The notes beneath the pieces are model-generated. The model was not told the DNA's origin. It saw nothing but the letters and a program-made list of their open reading frames with translations, and did not search any database. DNA of 64,000 bases, taken from assembly GCA_040954595.2 (NCBI GenBank), contig CM082584.2:9939061-10003060 (forward strand). Direction: 5' to 3'. Positions 54,501-64,000 of this stretch are shown piece after piece. Origin of the DNA: Balanoglossus misakiensis. Taxonomy: Eukaryota > Animalia > Hemichordata. How positions within the stretch are numbered: position 1 is the stretch's first letter; every line of letters starts with the position of its first letter. The position numbers and the translations under genes are program-made.

Positions 54501-54715
54501 CGTCGGAAGATTTGCCATTTTTCCTTCGTTGCAAGTCAAAAAAGCCCAAGTCCGGAAGTCAGGAGGACGCGGCGGAAGTGAGCGTTGGGTGTTCCCCATC
54601 CCATTTCGAACTGCCTGATGGGAAAAGAGACAAAATCAAGAAGTCGCGCAACGCTGCCAACTTCAAATGCAAGTCGCAGAGCAAGAGAAAGCGAGGGAGG
54701 AAGGCCGATAATTAG
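42516..54715 (+). CDS. LDLR/VLDLR-family paralog, predicted secreted (7 LDL-A, 2 EGF, YWTD propeller, EGF-C, unrecognised basic Cys-containing C-terminus; no TM or NPxY), 891 aa
   Basis: Exons: 42516-42585 (signal peptide [23 protein letters not shown]), 44573-44683, 45024-45152, 46595-46963, 47878-48126, 48374-48794, 49875-50105, 51337-51737, 52357-52533, 53997-54239, 54441-54715 (TAG). Total 2676 nt, open throughout, all GT-AG with matching phases. Four exons have exactly the same length as in gene 1 (111, 369, 231, 401 nt). The ectodomain call is near certain; joining of the last two exons is inferred from splice signals and frame. Confidence 0.88.
47392..47800. mobile_element. Interspersed DNA-transposon-like remnants with TTAA-purine termini
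   Basis: TTAAAGGGACAGAGTCGCTCACTTTTGATGTTATTTTGG at 47392 recurs as TTAAAGGGGCAAAGTCGCTCATTTTTGACGTTAGTTTGG at 59645. A second TTAAGGTAGAATGCGCCTC start lies at 47525. Boundaries uncertain. Confidence 0.45.
54265..54350. repeat. Simple repeat (TATG/TGTG/GGAT) in the last intron of the paralog
   Basis: gtatgtatg...gtatgtatggatggatggatggatgtgtg read directly. Confidence 0.7.
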
Positions 54716-55282
54716 AAGAGCAGCCCCGCACAAGGCAGTGTGGGATACCCGAACGCATTTGTGAAAAAAATGTTGAATCCAACTTGAACGAATATATGTT
54801 ATCTTGCAAGTTCGTGATGAGGGCTACATACTGCCTGGCGTGGCGTATATTCACAAATGGTACTAGACTCGTAGACTAAAAGTTGCGACACTATATACTA
54901 CAACGCTCACCATAAAAAAACTGCTTTCGCGAACGGTTTTATATATATTTAAATAAGTGAAAGACAAGGACGCTTTATATCGGCACTCTTTGAGCTGGAA
55001 GCTGATGACGAAAGTTGAAGTTCCTGGGCACAACGTTCCCGTTCCCATCCTCGACCAGTCCCCGACTGGCAAGGACCGAAGACATTAATAGTTTGTGTTT
55101 TAAACACATGTTCTTAACCCAGGAGGTGAAAGGTCAATCGGGAGACGATTGAAACACAAAGTTGAGTGTCTGCACCACAAGCCACAGGCGAGTCTCATCA
55201 AATTAATACTTGTGTTTGAAAACAACAAAAGATCGCAAGTATAAACTCCAGGCGCATTGTTTTCCTGGGGTAGTTAGCGAAC

Positions 55283-55288
55283 AATAAA
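55283..55288 (+). terminator. Candidate polyadenylation signal of the secreted paralog
   Basis: AATAAA about 570 nt after the TAG at 54715, with ATTAAA at ~55305. Confidence 0.45.
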
Positions 55289-55399
55289 GATTCGACACTG
55301 CCCAATTAAAATACATGGTGTACACACGTGATAGGTTTTAGTACCATGATTTCGACGGGAAAAAATTATTTTTGCTAAAGAGGGTGTTATGTATAATAG

Positions 55400-58300
55400 T
55401 CTGATGATGCGAGAGACGACTGCAACTGTATACTAGTCCGAACATTGGTAGAATGGTTTACGTATATATTGGTCTTGATAGAGAACTATATATTTTTACC
55501 CTGCGGTGTCACATTATCGACCATTGAGACGAAGGTCCATGTATAAATAGCGAAGCGGCAATCCGATATGCGCATGGACACCGACGTGGGTTTACTTCTG
55601 TTTCTGTCCTCCTTCCTCGCGCACTTGTGGTGTGTTTTGGCTACGTCATCCCCACGACCAGCCTCTCTGTTCGCCTTGAAGACGACGTCCAAGACGATTG
55701 CGGGAATTCCCTGGTTGAAAGACGGCACTTTGATCGCCTTTCATCATTGCAATCCGGGCGCTGAAAAAAAAAGCTTGCGTCAATTCACATAGCCTGTCTT
55801 TTTGTGATTATTCGTAGAACCTTATGCACATTATGACGAAAACAAATTTCATTTGATTTAGGGTTGGTCTTTAATACCAAATCATTACAGTTTGAGAGAA
55901 ACTCGTAAAAATATAACTTATTTATTGTCCAACACACAATATTGTCGAAGAAAAATACAAAATATGACCCCCAACACTGCCTGGCATTTCCCGCCAAAAC
56001 CCTATGGACAAAATAGCCGCATTAACAAACGTTCCAATCCAAGTTTACTTACTGCTCTGAAAGATGTTTTTATTTGACGAGATAATCTTACATCCTCTTT
56101 GTCCAAGATTTAGCGCGCTTAATTTCTTAAGGATTTTCGAAAACCCAGAATATTAATTAAACAAATTTTGACGGCTGGCAAATAAATTGTAACGTGAGGA
56201 CTGTTGTCTGCGTATAATTCTCGGCTAAATTTCCAATTCGATGAAGAGTGTGTTGTCGTTTGCACACCATAGGATGGTTTACGCTTGCGCATTAGTGATA
56301 GTGCTCTCCAAAACACACGGCGGTTGGATACTAAACAAGTCTTGCTTTTTTGTTCTTAGCCGCCTTTCTGCTTTTATGTTTTTATTTAAAAGGCAAATGC
56401 TGCTGGCTTTCTGAATGAGTTAAAAGTTGCGGACCCCGCCTTTAAAAATAAATAGAAAAAAATCCAGTAAGTAAAAGTAATGACATTGAAATTGTGAAGA
56501 ATCACTCCGCTTTTGTGAGACCTACAGCACACGATAATCAGAGCAATGAAAAGACACCCCCACTTAAAGCTGTCAAAAGTAGGCGAGGCAGTCGTGTTAG
56601 TATTTGCGCTTAGCGAAGCGATCGCCTGACAACATTGACGTAAAATGAGCTAAGTTTAGCTCGTTCCCTCTGGCAAAGTTCAGAGATAACTAAGAACAGA
56701 CGTGCTGTAAGAATAACGCAAGATGTGTGATTACTGAGAGTACATGACTGTCTTTAATTTTTCTTTGGAAATTGGCAATTCGGTCCGTAGGTTAGTACAT
56801 TTTAGACAAGCAAGTTTCTCCTGTGCTTAGTTTTTAAATTAACATCATTAAAGGATGATAAAGGAACACTTTTTTTCTGAGATGAAAGGTTTGATATGTT
56901 TTATGGCAGGAGTAGTTTCCCGCGATAATGTAAATGCCTGTTGTAATTTGTAATCATACCCATACATGTAAAACGTCGCATTATTGTTTTACAGCTAACA
57001 CATTTTTGTCGAGAGTGGTTGATTACGTACTTGAGAAGTTGAGGGAATGATTTCGTAGGAATTTCTCCTGTATTTCACCTGGACTGTGTCAAAGTTCTGA
57101 CGCCATTTTGAAGTGCGTTTATGTCCATACATAATGGTAAATTTCACTGTGCGGACGACAGCCTCAACTTTTGTTTTTTAATGCGAAGTCTCACGAGACT
57201 TTGGGGGGATTTCAGAAATGTGCGTGTATCTGCAGGCATGTGACCCGGTTGGATGTTTTGCGTACGTTCACTGGCTTTTTCTGACTGTCTGTAGACTATT
57301 TAGACGTTTAAAGTATGTTTGATAACATAGCAATCCGTGGGCGATCAAAATAGGAAAAAAGACATTGTTTTTGCAGTTATTCACGTACACGTAACACGTA
57401 CGCTAACACGGTCGTTTTGCGACCAACATACTTCAGATGCTAAAATGACGTGAATAAGCGTATATACATGGCGATACTATACCTCGGCTTTCATAGATTG
57501 TTTTGTCGACTAACAAGCAATCAAAATTAGATAGGAAGAAATACCGAAGGCTATATATTCCACAAAGGGTCAAAGTTCAAAAGTTCTGCTCATAGACAGC
57601 AAAATCTGTCTCTCTCTCGACTGTAAGGGTTGACACAGGAATTGACATCCATATTGTCTTGTATTTATTCGAGACGTTGGTTTCAATAAACCTTTCGAAA
57701 TTTGTACACATTTCAAACGTGTGTTATTCGTGTTATTAGCAACTTTATCGACTGAAGTCGAATAATTTTGACAATATACTCGACTCCATAGTTGGCGACG
57801 CGGGGCTAATCTGATAATTGGATTGTCCGCCATCACCTCCAGTTGTCAACCGTCAACTGTCAGCTTCTTCCCAGAAACTGCTTTGACGGTATCTGTGGAA
57901 TTTGGTATGTCGAGTTTGTGTGATAGGTGGAGTGCCCGCCGTCGTCGTCATCGGTTGTGGCAGCTTTCAACTTCTCACGAAGCGCTATTCCGTGCAGTAG
58001 CTTTGAGATTTGGTATTCATGTCTCTCCAGCGATGGCATACCAAACGTCTTCTCAAAACTCGTTTGTCCGATAGATTTGAACCACGAGGCCACACTTTCT
58101 AGTTGATGCTTAGCAGCTTTCTTGCTCTACCCCGGAATTTTGAATGTAGAAGTAAATACATGTATTAACTTACGTTGTTTGCAAAAAATACCAAGGAAAT
58201 GAAGGAATATGCAAAATATCGAAATGAATTAACGGTAACGTCAGCCCTCACACCACGGTATTTTCAATGGATGCGCCTCGTTTATAAGTCCCCATTGTAG

Positions 58301-61300
58301 TATTTTGTAGTAACGAACAACGGACCTCTGCTTAATGAGGGAGATAATTACAAACATTGTATCGCCGCTGAAATGGCCGCCATATTGGTAATAGAAAGAT
58401 GAATAGTTGTTTTGCAGACATTCGACCTTTTGAAGGCCAAACGCGATTGTTGCTCAAGACAGTCATCCATTGTTTCCTCTAATCTTGGACAAGACTTCTT
58501 GAGTAGAGTTAAATCCCTCAAAAATTCTTCTTCTTGTATCTTTCTCTGTTGAGCAAAATAGCATTGGATGTAAGCAGCTTATATATCTTGCAAAACATCT
58601 CTTCTTCAGAAATTGCAACCCGAAAAGCGAAAAAGTTCATGGCTCATCGCGAAAATCTCGCGATACTTGATTAAAAACTGCAAGAACCGGGTAAAACAAG
58701 CTAAGCTTTGTATGAAACGAGAATAGACGGAGAGAGATACCCCTGTACATTTGTGATCATTTATATTTCGCAGAAATGCGAGATATGCTTTTAATGTACA
58801 TTTGTGAAAATTGCCAAAGCTAAAATGCGTGTATCTTTCAGATTCGCGTTTAGGGGCCAATTATGGGCCAATGTGACCTATATTCAAAATATGTACAAGA
58901 CTTGTAGACTAACAGTCGAGACATGATATCACAAACCTCGCCACAGACTGGTTTCAACACGGACGGTTTAATCATGTATATTCAAATATTTGAAATTATA
59001 TGAAAGCTTTGCTTCGTGAATTTGTAACAAGAAACTGATGTCGAAAATTGATTCCTGGTTCTTGTGTTCCACTTTCCCCCGTCTAAAAAATCAGTTCCAG
59101 ATTTGGTCTCTGCCGCCTGAGTGGCACTGGAGGTGAAAGACATAGCCAGACGCTCTCTATGGACAAGTGTCTGCACCCACAGTCGCTTGTGATCTCCAAG
59201 TCAGCTCTGCGCGTAGTCAGCTTTGCGCGCATTTACGTGGGGCGCACGCGCGCGCATTGCCCTTTCGAGTCTTTAATTAATCAAATGAGAAAATTTGTCT
59301 TTCAAAGGAAATATTACAGGCGTGAATTTATAAAGTTTTGCTTTTATTGGGGTAGTAACCAACTTTGACTCATCCCGATTCGAAATACACTGAAAAAAAA
59401 TTCAAATTACAACATGGCTCGCACGTGGGAAAGTTTTAGTACATGATGTCTGCGGGAGCAATGTTTCTATATAGTGTTGATAGAGAACTATATATATTTT
59501 ACCCTGTGGTATCACATTATCGACCGCTGAGACTAAGGTCGACGTTTATAGCTCAGTGGCAATCTGATATGTGCGTGGACACTTGAGAGAATTTATTTCG
59601 CTTCTGTTCTAACTTGAAAACATGTAAATGTGTTTTGGCTACTTTTAAAGGGGCAAAGTCGCTCATTTTTGACGTTAGTTTGGGTATTTCACTTTTTTCT
59701 GGCAGACATGTGTTATGTCGTTTCATGATAACAAAATGATTCTTATCTTCGGTATAATGTCACCAAAGTATTACTCGAGAGTTCATGTCGCTTTCTGAAA
59801 GCTAATATCATCCTCATTCGAAACTTGAGCTTACCATGGACACGTATAGTTGGTATTGCGTCAACTAATTAATTGGCGGGTTTGCAAACGCGGTTTTTTG
59901 TGGCTGAAATGTTATGACCATTGTATGCGTGTTTTTTTACCCTCATTGCCAGTTCGATGGAAAGTGTATATTGTCTTTGTTCTCTCACAATGGGATGCGT
60001 TATTGGAGTTTAACCGCCACTTGTGCTGGGTGGAGAAGGCGCATGTGATGCATTAGGGAAAGTGCTCTTCAAATACTTGGTAGGGTAACAATGACAAACA
60101 AGTCTCGGTATTTGTTTTCGGGGTTCTTTTGCTTTATGTTTTTTATTTAAAAGGTAAATACTGCCGGCTTTCATACCGAACAAAAGGGTTCAGACCCCAC
60201 CTTTGGAAATAAATAGGGGAACACATAACATTCGGTAAAAAGCTAAAACGTTGAAATTTTGAAGAATCGCTCGGCCTTTGTGAGGCACACAGCACCACGG
60301 TATCGGACTAATGAAGAGATCGACCCCCACTTTAAGCGGCGAAAAGGCGGAAGTCCTGTTAGAATGTTCGCTTAGCAAGGCGATCGAATGACAGCATTGA
60401 CGTAAAGTGAGTCCTGCATTCTATACGCGGTCCGTCTCCAAAGTTAGAGCACTGTTTCAAACTGCGCATGCTTTCTCCGAATGGTAAATGTCACTAGGCA
60501 GACGACAGCGTCAACAGTAAAGCCTGCAAATGTAAACATTTGGTGTCGGCTTTTAGAGACGATTCCAGAACTGTTTGAAGAGAAACACTCCGAGCTTGGC
60601 TACAATTTCCGTACACTTAATGTTGTTTCTGGTCAGGGACACTTACTGTTGTTGTTTCTGGTCAGGTCTTTCAAATTATGTTTTGATGGCCGCAAGTTTG
60701 ACCAAACCGGCAACTTCACCCCATATTGGAGTTGAGAAGGTCTCATACAATCTGTGATAATTTTTGTCGAATATTGTATTTGGGAAAAACCTTTGATGAT
60801 GAAAATATACTGATTACCGGGTAATTTTTAACAGCTGACATTTCAAAATATCACATATAATGATTTAAGAATTGCCCTGACAAGTATAAAAATCGACATT
60901 TATGTAAGTTGGGAAGGCATTGAAGCGCCCTCAACTAGTTTCATGTGTGTTTTAGGAATACACCAACAAAGCACACAGACGGTGAAAGTGATTTATCGAA
61001 CAATTTGACAATAATAATAATAAATATTTATATTGACTTTGTGCAAAAAAGAACACGATTTTCATTATTTTCCCTGATTTTCCGCATATTCTATTTTTGA
61101 CATGTAGGCCTATATAGCTCTTTCGTGTAAAAAATGTATATTGTGGTAAAGAAATTTGCGGTTAGAATATGCTGTCAAGAACCTCACAAACTACCTCAAA
61201 ATGGGAGAGTCCATATTTGAAATCTTCATTGTTGTATTTTGTAGTAATGAATTCGATCCGAACAAGAGGCTCCCGCCTAACGAGGGAGATAATTAGCGGC

Positions 61301-61600
61301 ATTGTATCGCCGCTGAAATGGCCGGCCACATTGTCATAAAAAGGCGTGTGGTTGTTTTGCAGACATCCATTCCTTTGAAGGCCAAACGTGGATCTTGTCC
61401 AAGACAAACAGCCATTGTTTCCTTTAATCTATAACAAGACTTCTTCAGTAAACTGGATTACTCGAAAAGTTCTTCTTTATAGTAATAACTATCTGTGTTT
61501 GGTAAAAATATTTTAGAATCTCGTTTAAATATCTCTTCTACAGAAATTAGCCTAAAAAATTGAAAGTTCGTGGCAAATTAAAACGATTGGGTATTCCCGA
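55400..61600. repeat. Old non-coding tandem segmental duplication (three colinear block pairs)
   Basis: ~55470-55645 vs ~59470-59642 (TTGATAGAGAACTATATAT...CACATTATCGACC); ~56285-56650 vs ~60050-60410 (TTTATTTAAAAGG...CATTGACGTAAA); ~58290-58610 vs ~61225-61550 (GAGGGAGATAATTA...CATTGTATCGCCGCTGAAATGGCCG). Confidence 0.85.
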
Positions 61601-63149
61601 ATGCCCCAAGCAATGCCTTCGATTCAATCTGTTATTTTCGATACACACGGCGCATACAGGAAGACAACAAATCGCATGAGGGCCGCAGGACTGGAAAATA
61701 CCAGTACATGTACTTGACAATAGCGACCGAGTGCCGGATAGCACGTGACCAGTTCAAAACAAGTGAGGGGCGGGAATAGCAGACAATGACGTAAAATGCC
61801 GTTGCAGCTTGTTTTGAACAGGTGCCGATAATAATGCGATAACGTCAACTATTGTGCTATAAAAATATTGGGGTGGGGGAGGGGGTAAAGTGACTCGGAG
61901 GTAAATTGCTACTTATTTTATTAGACTAAGTGTCGACGATCAATCCCATTATATTCCACTTCGTCACTTACAATGCACTTAGGCAAAGGTCGTTTTCTTC
62001 ACCGGCACAGACGAGTTACATATAACCGTGTGTCGAATTGCAATATCTGGGGAAAAATGAGCGAAATGTGATATTATTCTTTAACGCCCCTCCACTTATA
62101 AATATGCCATTAATCACGGAACCGGGTTAGTGTATCATCCAATCGTTTAAAGTCTGACCGGCAAGTTTAGTACGGGCGAAGTTACGCCCCTTTGCGTTGG
62201 TCTGTGACAATTACGGAACCTGACAAATTGTCGATGCGTGTCGGTTTTAAACTCAGGGTATCTGAGTAACACAACGTTGTACAAATTAAAATAAAAGACC
62301 AGGGGGTCAATACATGTATTGGGTAGATATACATCTACGAAAAATGCGCATACCGACTGTTTGTACATTTGCGCACGTTTATAGGGAGAACTTGTCACTT
62401 GACCCAGATCTAATGGGATGGTGGTAGACTTTATATGTGATTCAAACGGACTTCAGACAGAACAATCTCAGCACCAATAATCAAGTTTGTTGACCCAATG
62501 TCTTCTGTTCTCTGACAAATGTATTTGAGCCGGAGTTGACTGAACTCCCAAATTCTGTCTTTGGTCCGTCGAATGTCATAATTCAACGAAAAAGGCATCT
62601 AAGATGCACATTTGGAAACGGAAGATATTTCAAACTGTATTTAAATTCGGTTTTATTAGACTTATCACAAATTTACAATAACTCGAGTCTATACAAAAAT
62701 CGAATCTAGCAGGAAAACCATTTACATTGCATTGCATGTCTTCAAATCGCGATATGAAAATATGCCGGACTAATATCGCATTCACCTTTGCGTACTAGCC
62801 CTCTGGTCAAGGTGACCGGATGAAACATTTGAATACAATTGAAAATACCAAATATCGACCTTAGCCCCATTTTAATACAAACACATCTTCGTGTCGTTCT
62901 CCTGGAAGATCTAGAACAAACTGCCCCAAAATAAGGCCAAGTGCGAGAAAACAAGGTCACCCCAGGTCAACCTGTCACTTTATCAAAACGATGAAGGACA
63001 TGTTATCGAGCGAAACATGTTATTGGTGTCGCATTTTATTACCCGAAACCTGGTAAAATGGTACACACGCACACGAGTCGTTGACACTAACGTTGCGGAC
63101 AGCGAGGACTTAGACTGGCGGAGAGAGGGAGAGAGAGAAAGAAGATCCG

Positions 63150-63225
63150 ATGATGAAGCTTTTCTGGGGGCTGACCGTCGCTTTACTTTTGTCCAACACA
63201 TTAATTGTAAGCTCTGAACCAAAAG
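63150..63225 (+). CDS. First coding exon (signal peptide) of a further secreted or membrane protein gene continuing beyond the window
   Basis: ATG ATG AAG reads MMKLFWGLTVALLLSNTLIVSSEPK, then a strong phase-1 donor AAG|GTGAGT; preceded by a purine-rich 5' UTR-like tract. Confidence 0.6.
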
Positions 63226-64000
63226 GTGAGTATTGAACACAAGGACGATTTTCTCTAAATTTACTTCAGTCAACAGAAGTATGTTTCTGTCGTTTTTGAT
63301 AATGTTTGACCGTGGTCATCCCGGGACTGTCATCTGGTGTGTAGTTTGCAGTTGTGTGGACTTCATGTTTTAACTTGCGTCGAACTGTAATGACTTTAGC
63401 TTTTTGAACCTTTTGCCATGTTCAAATATTAAGGCAGTTTTATGCAGTTTCTTTCAAATAGCTACTACCCATTAATTTGAGGCGTTCTTCCGCTAAAAGT
63501 GTATGTAATAAAACGGTGTCGCGGTTTGTGTCGGCGAAACTATGCTTCTGAGAATAAAGACGTATACCGCTAGAGTAAAACTATTAAATCTCCATTAACT
63601 GTAGCTTTTGGCTATTTCCCCCACAATTTTATTATCATGAGTCTCAACCGCAGCCTTCTTATGTTTCCCAAGGGAGTTTTCATTCATAACGAAGGGGTGG
63701 GCTAGATGAATAGAGAGAGGGTCACATTCAACGTGACTGACGGACTCCAATTTATTCCGGCTCACCCCGTCATAATAAATGAAACCTCCCTAAACCATCA
63801 TGAAGCGCCAGGTCATCAGGACTTTCTGCCTATTAAATCAACCCCAGCCCTGTAATGGTCTACTTGTCCGTAAAAAGTAATCACAGATGAGGTCAACGCC
63901 TGCACTGCACGGGAGAGTTGGGCGCACTCAGCGGGAGACGAATTGGGTCTCCGCCGGTCCGTGTCCCAGAATTCGCCGAGGGGCAGTAATAGTCACACGC

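Noticed and set aside
55568-55792. Hydrophobic ORF (GLLLFLSSFLAHLWCVLA) as the missing TM exon of the paralog
   Set aside because: Lies after the stop and poly(A) signal, has no suitable acceptor or NPxY, and falls in a duplicated non-coding block whose partner at ~59.5 kb does not keep the frame.
1-64000. tRNA, rRNA or other structured RNA genes
   Set aside because: None recognised by eye; tRNAscan-SE and Infernal would be needed to exclude them.

Overview
Eukaryotic, intron-rich genomic DNA (GT-AG introns, about 40% GC by eye). It is probably from a marine invertebrate, plausibly a non-vertebrate deuterostome; that is an inference from a spliced OvoA gene plus a VLDLR-type receptor. I assembled the exons by hand and checked splice phases. 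(1) 187-12394 (+): a VLDLR/lipophorin-receptor-like gene with 8 LDL-A repeats, EGF-A/B, YWTD propeller, EGF-C, O-linked stalk, TM helix and FDNPVY tail. Its first exon lies upstream of the window, and there is a candidate alternative signal-peptide exon at 2520-2595. (2) 31831-20695 (-): a complete ovothiol synthase OvoA with 18 coding exons (776 aa) and one GC-AG intron. (3) 42516-54715 (+): an intact tandem paralog of gene 1 (891 aa, 7 LDL-A repeats). It has lost the stalk, TM and NPxY tail and ends instead in two new exons encoding a twice-repeated, 3-Cys, Lys/Arg-rich module with a furin site between the copies. This predicted secreted lipoprotein-receptor-like protein is the most novel item. 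(4) A signal-peptide exon of a further gene at 63150-63225. Also present: an inverted copy of one OvoA exon at about 39.3 kb, an old non-coding tandem duplication at 55.4-61.6 kb, MITE-like elements and simple repeats. Most ORFs in the supplied track are spurious or run from exons into introns.
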